From Thraustochytrium aureum (lineage: Eukaryota), in the NCBI GenBank assembly GCA_012862495.1, contig BLSG01000329.1, positions 208,808 through 269,483 of the forward strand: 60,676 nt of DNA. The letters run 5' to 3'. Shown one piece after another: positions 22,101-34,358 of the stretch (position 1 is the stretch's first letter; every line of letters starts with the position of its first letter). The position numbers and the translations under genes were made by a program. Under the pieces are notes generated by a model. The model was not told the DNA's origin and searched no databases. It saw only the letters and a program-made list of their open reading frames with translations.

Positions 22101-22532
22101 CAGGAACCGGCAGCGCAAAGCCTCCCTGTTCCGCTTGCCAACCCGCAGACGATGCGAAGCATGTTCACCAGAGAGCAATCGATTGCTTTCTTGAAGTATC
22201 GGCAGCGCTTGGACCCGGAGAACAGGTTTTGGGGTGGTGCGGCCACGCGCTACTTTTCTAAGGAAGACAAGCGAGCGGCTTCTGGACTCGATGACCCAGA
22301 TCTTTTGGAGGAAGACCTGCTCGTGCTCCGCATCAACGCGGTAGCGCAGGCAGTTCGGTTTGAAGAAGATTCCAGGAGGAGTAGTGCGATCACTGCTGTC
22401 GTACTCGCTGCAGTGGGCCTCGCTGCACTCAAGCTCCTCTTTTTCCTCATGGAGCGGCGCAAGCGCAGCGCTCGTCGCAGAAAAAAGGGTCGCGGCCGCC
22501 GTGGGTCTTCGTCGTCTTCCTCCTCCTCCTCT

Positions 22533-22567
<35 letters not shown>

Positions 22568-22601
22568 TTCTGGAACGGATTCTGATGGCTCCTCAGCCTG
22601 A
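19131..22601 (+). CDS. FAD-linked oxidase of the aldonolactone oxidase (ALO/GULO-like, VAO/PCMH fold) type with N- and C-terminal TM helices; start probably in gap 18848-19130; frameshift ~21700-21750
   Basis: FFPETDEEVADLVR...KVRPVGAGHS, TVGAAVTSMVSG, VSRLRVVLGSGRIVEI, SMGLLGIV, PHLG, then FLKYRQRLDPENRFW in frame 21417..22601. TM segments WHLLPLVFFIAWAL and AITAVVLAAVGLAALKLLFFLM. Confidence 0.8.
22505..22571 (+). repeat. TCN trinucleotide repeat encoding poly-Ser tail
   Basis: (TCG/TCC/TCT)n in frame at the 3' end of the oxidase gene. Confidence 0.9.
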
Positions 22602-22683
22602 GATTCGGACGCGCGAGGCGCTGCGCGGCCAGAGGCAAGCCACGTCCAACGAGCCTCAACATTATTTACACTTTTTTAAAATA

Positions 22684-23478
22684 TTACACGCGGCCTTGAA
22701 GCACCGCCGTGACGAGCGCCCTGCGCAACGACGGGCTCGCGGAGAAACCCGACACGCTTTCCTCATTCACGACACAAGCGACAAAGCGAGGCAAGCAGTC
22801 CCGCTCGAGCGTTGTGCGCGCCTCTCCCTGGGCTCGAGCAAAGAGATCCGCGAAGGCCTCGCTGCTTGGCTTGGCTTGCAAACGCGCATCAATCTCCGAC
22901 ACCACAGCAGGTTCGACACAGACCCAGCTCGGTGCTCCATCCTCCAAGTAGCGAGCAAAGATTTCGCGCGCTTGGCACCGCAAAACATCGTTGCCGAGGC
23001 CACGCCGAGCTGCGCGGCCCTCTTCTGGTCAAGAATGGTCCTGTACGCCTCGACGGAGAGCCAGAATAGCAGGTTCTCCGCACTGTGCTGGGCCTGCAGG
23101 AAAAGAAGCAACGGGCCCAACAGGTCTTGTCCTGCACAAAAACAGAGAGGTCGACCTCAGCGCACAAAACGAGATCAAGCTCGTGCTGGCGCAGTGCGGC
23201 CACCGCGTTGCCGCGCTCCCGATGTTTAGACTCGGGAGCGTCCCGGTGTGGCGGCTGGTCCTTGGCCTTGTCGCCGCGCCCGAGCACCGTCCTGGCCCAC
23301 GAGGTCTTACGCCTTGCAGCTGGTGCGCCCGCGTCCATGTGCCTGGCGTCGATTTCAAGTCCTTCCGTCTTCGCCCTGCCTCCACGCCTCCGCCTCCCTT
23401 CGGGGTCTGGCGACAAGCTCTCCGGCGTCGAGGGCGGTGTCGTTTGCCGCACGAGCAAAGTCGTGTCGGCAACGGGCG
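22684..23478 (-). CDS. RGS (regulator of G-protein signalling) domain protein; two frameshifts (~23115, ~22983); 5' end uncertain
   Basis: Joining three frames gives ...PLLLFLQAQHSAENLLFWLSVEAYR...AREIFARYLEDGAPSWVCV...LFARAQGEARTTLERDCLPRFV, the RGS consensus. A branch point plus TTTCAG acceptor lies at ~23479-23500; an in-frame ATG lies at ~23338. Confidence 0.85.
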
Positions 23479-23744
23479 CTGAAACGCATTAGTCAGCGAG
23501 CACGGCACGACGAGGTCCGCCCGCGGAGCAGCAGCGCCTCCGCCCGTGCGTCTCTCAAGAGCCGCTGTCGGGGCGGCCGGCTCTGCGCCGGCTCCAGCGG
23601 TCCCGTATCCGCTTCGCGCGAAGCAAGTTTGAGGGACGCCGGCGAGCCCACAGCACAACAGCTCTCAATCAAGCACGTGAGCGTGCAACGTGGCACCCTT
23701 TTTCGTTTTCTTCCAAAATAAGATGAAACTACTTACAACAGCAG

Positions 23745-23948
23745 CAGCAGTCAGCAGCAGCTGAGCAGGAAGGCGGCCCACCTGACGCTGCTGAGCGTGG
23801 GTACAACAGCACAAGCACATGGACGTGCACGTGGTTGCACCGTGGCACCCTTGTTGTTTTCCTTTTTCGTTTTTCTTGATGGAAACGAAGTACAGCAGCA
23901 GCAACTGCTGAGCAGGAAGGCGGCTCACCTGACCCTGCTGAGCGTGGG
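23745..23948. repeat. ~55-bp direct duplication, copies ~147 bp apart
   Basis: gctgagcaggaaggcggc(c/t)cacctgac(g/c)ctgctgagcgtggg at ~23760-23801 and ~23907-23948. Confidence 0.85.
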
Positions 23949-26900
23949 CGACTCGGGACGCGAATTTGAGCGAGGCGCTGTCGAAGGGCCCGCACCTTGC
24001 GCACCATGATGAATAAAGGATCCACCAGCAAGAGGCTCGGGCGCGGCGTGACTGTGCATGCGCGACACTACGAACCGGCACTGCTGCAACATGCGCCCGT
24101 ACTCCTCGTGAGAAATCGCAAAGGCCTTGTCGGAAATGGCTCCCGGATGACCTCCTAGCTGTTTGACGATCTCATGCCCTGCCACCGCGTCGAGAAGGTC
24201 GTAGCGTTGGCGCCCCGTCCCAGAGGCACCACCAGGCGAAGGGGTCGGCAGCATCGCCGGCTCCGCTTCGATGCGGCCGTGGTTGTGCGGCGAGAGACGA
24301 ACAAAAGCAGCGCCGCGTTTCGCGGAGACAGCGGGCCGAGTTGCAAAATGATCGCCGAATGCGCCAGGATACGGCCCGGCTTTTCACGGCAGGTGAGCAG
24401 CAAACGCACCCCCTTCGTCTCATCTAAGAGACGTCCAACAAAGTGCCGAAACAAACTTGAGGGGTGCGCGAGCTCGTCGCAATGATCGAGCACAAGAACA
24501 AATTGACGATAGCGAATCAGGTCGAACAGGTGCTCCATCCGCGCCTCGAGCGACGCCGATGCGGCATCCGCGCCGAGCAGACCCTGCGCAGTCGCCGACC
24601 CACCCTGCTGCCGCGCGGCTGCGCTATCCACGGTTTTATCGAGAAACATGTCGACAAGTCGCTCCACCTCGCCAACGCCTTCGAGTCTAAGAAAGAGCAC
24701 GCCTTCCCGGAACATGTTGCGGTCGCTTGCATAGTTTGCCACCGCGACGGCAACAGAGGTTTTGCCGACCCCGGCTGGGCCAGTCACCGACACGATGCGG
24801 CGGCGACGCACCGCGTCCAGGACCGAGTACACGTCCACGTTTCGCCCGACAAAGTCCTCAGGCACTGCAGGTGCGTGGCCGCCGCGCCACAGGCTGCGCC
24901 GCCTCTCATAGCNNNNNNNNNNNNNNNNNNNNNNNNNNNNNNNNNNNNNNNNNNNNNNNNNNNNNNNNNNNNNNNNNNNNNNNNNNNNNNNNNNNNNNNN
25001 NNNNNNNNNNNNNNNNNNNNNNNNNNNNNNNNNNNNNNNNNNNNNNNNNNNNNNNNNNNNNNNNNNNNNNNNNNNNNNNNNNNNNNNNNNNNAGTTACGT
25101 CAACTGCCTTTTTGGCGATCTCAAAGGCTGTCCGCACCGTGTCGCCAATCGCGAGCGACAGGTAGAAAGCTCGCGTGAACGCTTGGGCCGCTTTGTCGAG
25201 GATTCGAGCTCCGACTTGCACACAGACAACGTGCGCCACGCCGGCCTGTATGAAGGCGCGCCCAGCATACTCAGAGTGGCACGCAGACACGAAGACGAAT
25301 TTTACCTTGCTGGCAACCCCGTCAACGCCGCCACCGGCAAGGCGTCGTAGGTTTTCAGTCGAGAGGACCTGCACGCCACCCGACTGGTCCTCAAAGAGCA
25401 GGGCGTTTGGGCTGCCGTGGCCCGAATAGTGGATTGCCCGGCACCGCATGGTTGCCTCGCTGCGAAGCCGGTCGGCGGTGGCAAATCCAAACGACAGATC
25501 AATATCACGCGATGCCTCGACAAACGTTTGCCAAAGGATGTCGCGCTCGCGCTCGAAATCGATACTCTCCACAGGCTGCAGCCGCCCTTGCGCGTCTCGG
25601 GCAGCGAGTGGGATCGAGAACATGACTGAGAGCCGCAGCCGGTCCCCTGCGACCTCCACGGCGTCTCCATTTCCGCTTGCTGGCCTAGCAGTCTGCGCAA
25701 GCGGCGCCTCACTGGTCGAAGGCGGCTCGTTCGTGGGCGGCACCTTTGGCGAATGCTGAGGCTGGCTAGCCGCGGGACCGACGCTAGGTGTCGAGGCGGC
25801 CATCGACTGTTCGGGCGTCGCTGGCTGCGCCACCTCGGCACCGGCTTGGGCAGCGCTGGCACCTTGCTCCGCATGCGGGAAGCTCTGTTGTCTGGCTCCC
25901 AGCTTCAACGGGTTTGAAAGCAATCTGCTTCGATCTGTCGGCTCCTCCCTGCTCGAGGTGTGGGCCCCGTTCGGGAGGGTCAGGTTGAGCCACACCAGAA
26001 TTCGCGTCGCCGTTTGGGCCCGCCGCAACTCTGGGTTGCAAGCCCGTGACTGCACTTGAGGAATTGGCCGCGCCCGCGGCCGATGTAGACGGCTCCTCCG
26101 CGCTGCCACCTTGGGCGCACGTGACCGTCTCCGAAATCCAGCTCTGCCTGTTCACAAGGAGGGCGCGCTCAATCTGCTCCAGGTCCTGCGGACGGATGCC
26201 CGGGTTGCCCTCGAGCACAAGAAAGTGGAGCTTTGACTTGGCGACGGCGAAGCGCAGCTCCTTTCCTAGTGCCTCACCCAACGAATTGAACGACAAGTCG
26301 AGCTCGAGGAGAGCGGCCGCCCCAGCCACGCACTCAAGGACAGCCTCGTCGATCACGGGCTTGCGAAGTCCATTTGCGCTCAGCCCGAGGGCCCGAAGTT
26401 GCGAGCCCCCACTGGCGATCCATTTCAGAATCGCAGCAACAGCCCCCTCCCCAAGACTATTGCCAGAAAGGTGGAGTTCCGAAAGCGGGCCTTTCACCTC
26501 TGGGTCCAGCAAACCTTGCTTGGCTTTGCCTCCGATGAGTGCGGCGAGCGTCTCTGTTGCGGAGACCCCGATGGCGTTGCGCGACAAGTCGAGAGACTCG
26601 ATTGTGCCGCACTGGCCGGCGCAGCAGAGCGCATCCAGGACCCGCGCACAGCCAACATCCTTCAAGTTGTTCCCAGAAAGATCCACCCACTTGAGCACGT
26701 GCTTCGGGCGTGGGCCGCCTAGTTGACCAAGCGCAATTCGCGCCGGCCCGGCTGGCGCCAGCAGTCGTAACAGAGGCTGCAGGTCCGAAACACGGAAGCC
26801 GTTGTTTCGGATTCCAAGCCCAAGCACAGAGAGATTGTTGTGCCGGACCTCAAAACAGCTGGCGATCTCCGCCAAGTCGCTGCGGGACAAAACGCCGTCG

Positions 26901-29900
26901 AATGTGCACCATAGCACGCTGCTCGGCAAGTTGCGGACTATGTTCGCGTAGAGGTCGCCAGTGTCCAGGTGGCCGGGGTCAGACGGAGGCTCCGTGTTGG
27001 AGAATGCAACCGAAGTGATCACCGGGAACCTAAAGAGGCAGTCCATCAGGTTGTCGTGAAAGTCACTCATCCCCGGGGCCGCTTGGCAATCCCTGATGCA
27101 GAGCGACCAGGGGCGCTGCTCGTCCCCTTCGGCCGAGGTCGAGAGCTCGCCGCGGCCAAAAGCTGGTCCTCTGTCTTGACCAATCACGTCGACGTCGATC
27201 TCGCTAGAGGGTTGCAAAGGGAAAGCCTGCAGACCACTGGTGGCAATCTCGCCCGCGATGTGCTGCTCTTGCGCCGAAAACTTGGCGATGAGCTTGTGGA
27301 TGATACGACCAAAGCGAAACGACAAATCCCGCCCGTTCGGGAGCGTTATCGCGAGAGGAAGGCGCGGAAGGACGGTGCTAACATCTGCCCTTTGAATACG
27401 TCCAGCATCTTCAGCAGGCGCAAAGTAGGACACAGGAAGCAGGCAGCGTCGGCGCTGGAGGAGCGAAGGGCACTGGGCCTCAAAGGCGACACGACAGGCC
27501 GCCAACATGGCCCGCACGACCCCGCGGGTGCCTACGAGCAGTTGCTCGCACCCACTCGAGTCCACGGCTCGAAGCGAGAATCGGCTCGCTGGTCCAGCGA
27601 CAGCGCACGAGCCGGCAGCGCTCTCTTCAGCCACAAGCGCACTAACGAACGCAGCCGCGCGCTGCTTGCCGTCAAGGCCTGTTTGCCCGGACTGCTTGGC
27701 AAACAAATACCTGGCCAGTACGGTCTCTTGCTCCACCAAGTGCGGAGCGCTTCCGGGGGGGCTGAACACGCGGACGGCTTCGTCGTCGTCCGAGTTGTAT
27801 GAGACGGATGCACGCAAGCCGCACCCGATCCACCGACGCAGCCAGCGAGGCTCTGCGAAGGCAAGCTTTTTGCCTGTCAGGTGCCCGAGAAGCCGCGCGG
27901 AGGTGGCCGAGAGCTTGCCTTGTGGCGAAGATCCCGACGGCACCGTCCGCTGGCCGCTTGGGACCGCCGCAGACTGGCTCGCGCCGTGCTCAAAGTCGAA
28001 GAGATCTTCAATGTGAGCAGGCAGGCCCGATGTCCCACCCAGGGTTTCAAGTGCAGCCTCCTCGGTTTCAGAGTGCCCTTGCTTGTGTCGGCGCCTCCAC
28101 CGCGACGCACGGCGACTCGCCGTCGGCTCGTCTTCGCCAGCCTCGAAGAATGACGGTGCACTGTTCGCGCGCTTGCTGACGACAACCACCCCGTCCACCT
28201 CCTCGCCAACCCCAGCGGCGCCACGCGCTTGGGGGCGGAAAAGCGACATTGTTTCCAGCAGCCCAGAACCGGCAAGAACGGCCCAGAAGGCCCTCTGGAT
28301 ACGCGGGTCGCGAAGCTGAATTCGCCAGGTCGCACAGGTCGCGGCGAGCGCGACTGCGTCCATGACTTGCTGATGCTCCAGCGAGAGCATCATGATGTGC
28401 CAGTTAAAGAGCCCGCGAACATCCCGCCCACAAAGCTGCACGTCATTGATGCCCCCAGAGAACCCGAGCCCGACCAGGACGTCCTCAGCGCGAAGCTGGA
28501 GTTGCCTGTCCGGGTCGCCACCGACGGAGAGCTGCACCAGGTGCTCGAGCGCGAGCCGTGCGATGTCAAACTTGAACGTGCTTGCAGACGGGCATCGCGT
28601 GATGGAAGCTAGCACACGGCACGCTTGGCACTGAATGACAGAGGCGGGGGAGCCCAGGAGGAGGATGCTGATCAACAGGATCTGCTCCACGCGATCCAGA
28701 AACATTGCAGTCACGCGCTGCCAGAGTTCGACCGCCGGGCCAGCGGCCCCCGTCGCCTCGATTCGGAGATCTAACGGGCTGCTCACGGTTCGGCCGAGCT
28801 GCGGCGGAGTCACGCCGAGCGCGCCTGAAGGTCGCCGCAGCCCCGGCCTGCGGTACCCCGACTGCGGCCTCCAACANNNNNNNNNNNNNNNNNNNNNNNN
28901 NNNNNNNNNNNNNNNNNNNNNNNNNNNNNNNNNNNNNNNNNNNNNNNNNNNNNNNNNNNNNNNNNNNNNNNNNNNNNNNNNNNNNNNNNNNNNNNNNNNN
29001 NNNNNNNNNNNNNNNNNNNNNNNNNNNNNNNNNNNNNNNNNNNNNNNNNNNNNNNNNNNNNNNNNNNTTGCTTGGTGAGCCACTTCGATGTCCGCGCCCT
29101 GTGGCTCGCGCAAATGTACCTGTGTCAAAGCGGCTGTCCCTTCGCGCTGATCGGACGTGCGCCCCTGCGAACCTCGCTCTTTGCTCTGGGCAATGTCCTG
29201 CGCCACAGCTGGCTCGCCAACAAGTCCGTACAGCGTGCCAAGAGCCCGGACAGCATACTCGAAAACGCCGCAAACCGCCACACTCGCTCGCGTATCGAAC
29301 GAGGCGTTTGCCAGATTGCCGAGGACAAGCCAGCTATCTATTCGAACTTCCCGATCCTGCGAGCTGAGGTCGCAGGAAGGCTTTTGAAGAGGGATTTCCT
29401 GGACCAGGCCAAGGACAGCGCTCGAGACGTTGGCGAGCTCTAGCACGTCGCAAGCCTTCGCGGCCCCCTCTGTAAGGCCCAAGACGGTCCGTAGCGCATG
29501 CAAGGATACGAAAGCGTCCGAGCGCACTCCACAAAGCCTAGCCAGGAGCTTGCCAAATTGCGGTGAGTCCAGGAACGGCGTCAACTGGTCACGTGGCAGC
29601 TCTCGGCAGAAATTGTGCACCGCAAGCGCGACGTATCGCAGTTCGAGAGAAACCCCATCCAGTGTAGAGGGAGCGGCGTAGCTCGTAACTGCCGAATTTG
29701 CGGATCGCTGGCCGGTCCCAGGGAAGAGCGGTCCTGGTTCGTTCGCGATCCCAGCCGTGCTAGACGAGGATATGCTTCCTCTGGCAGAGTCACGCTCCTC
29801 CCGCGCAATTGAAATGATGTCGCGGCGCGAGAGGCGGCGGCCAGAATTCGAGAACCGTCGACGGATGTCGACTCGGCTCGCATTGAGGGCGACACCACCA

Positions 29901-32900
29901 CTCCCTTGGCCCGAGTCGGACGTCGAGTTGGAGGCACCGCCGCCGCTTGAATGGCGCTGGAAACTTTGGGCTTCCTGTGGTTCGAGGTCAACAGGAGTCT
30001 GCTGCTCGAGCTGGACCGGCTCCCTCGCTGCGTTCAAGGTCTGCTCTGCGAGCGACAGAAGACCCTCCATACCTGCGCGGCCACACAGGAGCTTGCGGCA
30101 TGGCTGCAAACCAGACAGCGAAGTGAAGCATGCCAACGTCACGCACCGCACGTTCGCAGGAAGCTCCGCCCGCTTTGCGAGCTCGATGAGGGCTGGTAAC
30201 GCACCGGAACTGACGAGCTGCGCCACAATGAAGCCAACGACGACGAGATCCACCCCGAAATCGGCCCCCGCATGCGGGGCGTCCGGATCGATCTCGACAG
30301 GGGGGGCCGCGCCACTTGTGAGCCAGTAGAGGCTCGTTACCGAGTGGAGAACGAGCTCTGGGTCGCTTCTGTCCAAGAAACTGATCAGCGGCGGAAGGAT
30401 CCCGCTTTCTAGGAGGCCCTGATGCGCGGCTGGGTGCTGCGCGAGTAGCGATATGGCAAAGGTCGCGAGTTGCCGCGACTCGTTCCAGGCGATGCGCATC
30501 TCAAGGAGCTCTTCCTCGTCCTCGGCGCCGAGCGATCCGCCTGTGCCCATGCTGTCCATCCCAGCGCGGGGAAGTTGGCTTGTGGTTACGTCAACGAGCA
30601 ACAGAGCGGCTTCCTTTGTTAAACGCGCAGCCCATGGCGCTGCCCGGGCCTCTGCCAGTGTGATTCCAGACACTGAACGCCGCCGCGGGCCATTGGATCG
30701 CTGAAATGGGTCGCACTCCGTCCTTCTCCCCGAGGCATTCGAGACGCTGGTGCGAGATTGGCCGCCGCTCGTTTCGCGTACTAGCGCACCAAGGTCGAGT
30801 GCTCCGTGCTTAGCGCCAGAACGACTTGACGGGCCGCACTCGCTTTCAGACGCGGCGTCTTCGACGGCGTCGCGCGTGTGGAAGATGAGGCAAAGGTTTG
30901 CAAGTGCCAATGCCGCTTCGCGCTGCGTGAATGCGCATCCGTTTGGGCGGTCCGGCCAACTCGGTTCCTCGCAGCAGTAGCATGGCTGTTCGATCAGCAC
31001 GCGACAAGCCGAAACGACAGAGCTGAGCTCAGACTCAAAGGCCTCAGCAACTCTGGAAGGGTCTAGGGCGGGACTGGCCCCGCCCTGCCCAAGACCTCTC
31101 TCGCTCGGTACGTCGACCCAGGATCCTGACGCCATTGCCACGATTGTCATCGAGATAGCGTGCTTGAGCTTCGGGTTGCTTGCGGCGCGGTGCCCATTGA
31201 GAACAGCAGCAAGCGTGCTGATCGCCCCGCCTTGGCATGCGTCGATCTGGCTCAAAGTGCGGATTTCAGCACTTCTGTGGTGGTCTCGCACGAGATAGCT
31301 CAGTACCCGGGCTGCGTTGAGCTGGGCTTGCTCGTCGCCGGAGCGAAGGAAAAACAAAAGCTCTTGCACGCTATCAGCGGTCCCTTCGTGCACCCCGTAT
31401 GCTCGCAGCGGGTCGTTGTCCTCTGCATCCTCGTCTTCCATCGCGGCCCCACCTCCTGGTGGCGGGCTTCCAGGTTTTGGGGACTGTGATGTCTGCAACT
31501 CGGGGCTTGTGTGCTGACCGCCCATCGCATCGTGGATAGCTGTCTGAGCTCTCCCTCCTAGTTGCGGAGCAGGTTGGCCAGCGAAGGTGTAGTCTTGCTC
31601 AACATTTGGCATATCCACGGCCGGGCTGATGCCTTCTGCAGGCACTGTCCCAACAGTAGCAGACCCGCCGGGTCGCTCAGATTCGCTAAGACCAACTTGG
31701 GGTCCCGCATTAGGGGCCTCGAGCTCGGGCGTTAGGTTTTTGACCACGCGTTGCGTTTGGTCCAGCACAGCAAAGAGGCGGTCATTGAGTCCAAGTAGGT
31801 CAGCTAGAGCCTCGTCCCTCTTGGCTGCGCAAATCATGTTGTACAGCTTGTGGCGAGCTACCTTGGTCTTGCGCTCCAGCTCAGAAGCGAGCTCGCGCGC
31901 GAGCCCAGCGTTGCGCGGGAGGGTGTCGACGATAATTCCCAAGTGAGCCTCCATTGCCTCCATCTCGTCGCTGATGCTAACGATGCGGTCCTCGTCGCAG
32001 GAGACCGCAGCGAAAGCAGCAAGCTCCCCACGTGGCGCACTGGTCTCCCTAGTCCTGGGCGCTTGGCTGGTCGCGGACTCGCCCTGTGAAACGTTTAATG
32101 CGCTCGTCCAGCTCTGCGAGCCCTCACTGACAGGTTCAGGTGCCTCCTCTGCCTCGCCGAGCGACACCATGGAAGCAATCGTGGATCCAAGCGTCGAGGC
32201 TAGCTCAGCGGCTGTGTCAAAGTGTGTGCGCAGCCCAGCTGAGCCAAAGCTGCCTGAGTCGTCACCTACAGATTGCGGCGAGGCGGAGCTCCGCGCGGAA
32301 ACGCTTTGCGCGGTCCCAGAACGCCGCCCCCGCTGGCCCTCGCGAGGTTCGGCCTCATCACTGCCAAAGTAGCGCTGGTGTCCTTTTTTAAGGGCTTTGA
32401 GGATGAGCTTGCGCGGCATGCGCGTCGCTCGATGAAGTAGGTCGTTCGACTGTACCATGCCGTCGGGCTCGGAATGCGCTCCGTCGAAGGAAAACCTCCA
32501 GGCATCTGTACCCCAGGCAGCCCCTCGGGCCGTGCTAGCGGTAGACTCGTCGTCAATTGCAGCGCGGTTAGGGGCAGTGGGCGGTGAAGCCGACGACGTT
32601 GCGCTTGTCACGCCTTCAACTGCGCTGGCCGCTGCAGCTGCCGCCGCGGATGCAGCCTTAGTTACAGCAGAGAGAGCCAGCGAAGGGGACAGCATTTCTG
32701 CATCCGGAGAGGGCGAGGCAAAGGCAGGGTCGAGCGACGCTGGCGCTATCTCTGCGAGCGAGTCGGCAGTGTGGCCAGTCCATAAGAAGCCAGACCCGAC
32801 CCCAAAGTTTCCGATGATCACGACGCCGGGTGACCTCACCCCAACTGTTGGCCAAAGACAAGCAGGGAGTCCCGCGCGTTCAGTACCAGTGAGCGTGCAA

Positions 32901-33661
32901 GCTATGCCAAGCATCGCGCCGTTCCTAGTGAAGAACACGGCACCTCGTGCCGGGTTCCATCCACAGCCGACAGTGTCATCTGCTTCGAATGGAGGCGCAA
33001 ACGAGGCTTGCTCCCCGTCAACGGACGAGGCCGAGCCAGAGTAGAAAGAGCCTCCGCTGTGCAAGCCGAACGTGCCAGCTGTCCACCCTGGATACGGCGG
33101 CGTGTTTGGCGAGGGTTCNNNNNNNNNNNNNNNNNNNNNNNNNNNNNNNNNNNNNNNNNNNNNNNNNNNNNNNNNNNNNNNNNNNNNNNNNNNNNNNNNN
33201 NNNNNNNNNNNNNNNNNNNNNNNNNNNNNNNNNNNNNNNNNNNNNNNNNNNNNNNNNNNNNNNNNNNNNNNNNNNNNNNNNNNNNNNNNNNNNNNNNNNN
33301 NNNNNNNNNNNNNNNNNNNNNNNNNNNNNCCGGCGTTTCCTTTTGATTCCATCAGGCCCGCTGTGGAGTCGCGGCCGCCGACGCGCCTTGGCTTGGCCTG
33401 TCGTGACGACGGCCAGAGACAGATCGAAAGTAAGCTTCCTGGCGCGACGCGTTGAAGAGCGCAGCCACCGGGTAAGGGAAGGCGCTGCAAGTGCCAGCGC
33501 GCTGTAGAGCGAGCGCGCTGTGGAGCGAGCGCGGGTGGCCGGCTCCCCGAGCGCGTCTATCTCTGCCGTCCTGGTGGGACCTGGATTCTGAGCACCGTGC
33601 CACCTTGGGTGACGGAGAAGCTTGTTCGTTCGATGACTTTTTGACTGCGGCTCGTCACCAT
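23925..33661 (-). CDS. Giant multidomain NLR-like protein: SPRY - GAT-like - ARM repeats - RNI-like LRR - CHAT (caspase-fold) protease - NB-ARC/STAND NTPase
   Basis: SPRY (YPGW, GLHS.G, PPFEADDTVGCG, VFFTRNG, LWPTVG, GNFG) at ~32780-33450. GAT-like LADLLGLNDRLFAVLD at ~31760-31980. ARM-like helices ~28450-31380. LRRs (VDLSGNNL, LDLSRNAI, LHLSGNSL, LGLSANGL, LDLSFNSL) ~26150-26950. CHAT IHYSGHG and VFVSACHS ~25093-25640. FVGR, Walker A GPAGVGKT, Walker B VLVLDHCD, LLLTCR, LGPLS and GGHP ~24140-24865. The model spans three N-gaps and frameshifts at ~33430, ~25880 and ~24305; the start is uncertain. Confidence 0.8.
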
Positions 33662-34358
33662 CAGGCGTGCAGGGAAGAAAAGCTCGTCCGATAATGTGGA
33701 CTCAGGCTGGGCGAAGTCGAGAACCTGCCAGTGGTCCCTTCGGCGTCATACCTAGATGACTGAGCAGGACCACGAGGGAGGGGAGGAGGGTTTGCCAGTG
33801 CCTTGTCACGGTCGAGTAGTAGTAGTGGATAGAGTGAGTACTCTACTAGTACATGGGCCTGGCCTACATGAGAACTTCCTTGATTGATTGAGACACGACT
33901 GTGGTTTAACGAGCGCAACCGACGTCCCACAGACTTTGCGCGCATGCAATCTCGCGGTTGGGTTTGGAGCAAAGGAGGGCGCGGTGCTGGCGCTGCAGCT
34001 CCGCGTCACAAACTCGTTTGTTCCAGAAATCGAGCTCTTCTGGAGAGGCGTAGCTCGACTTCTGGAGAGCGTGGCCGCACGGCCGGTTTCGCGAGGAGGG
34101 CCAGGTCAGCCTCGTAAGCAAGCTCAGCCTCAAGTTGACCTTGTACCGATCGGGGCTGGGCCATTCATTCATTCAGTTACCCTGGCGTTTTCGGAAGCGA
34201 GATGTGGTGGCCCTGGCCGAGCAGACCGAAACACAAGGACTTGGAGAAAGGAAAACCCTTGTTTTTCTTCAATTGTTCATGAAAAGAAGGCAATGTGACG
34301 ACAACAAACGCCCTCCAGCTGTGCTGCCACCCGTCGCAACCCGACAACCCAATGGCAA

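Noticed and set aside
33700..34350. Possible small gene or upstream exon of the giant gene
   Set aside because: Only short ORFs with no motif and no convincing splice link; cannot be supported without transcripts.
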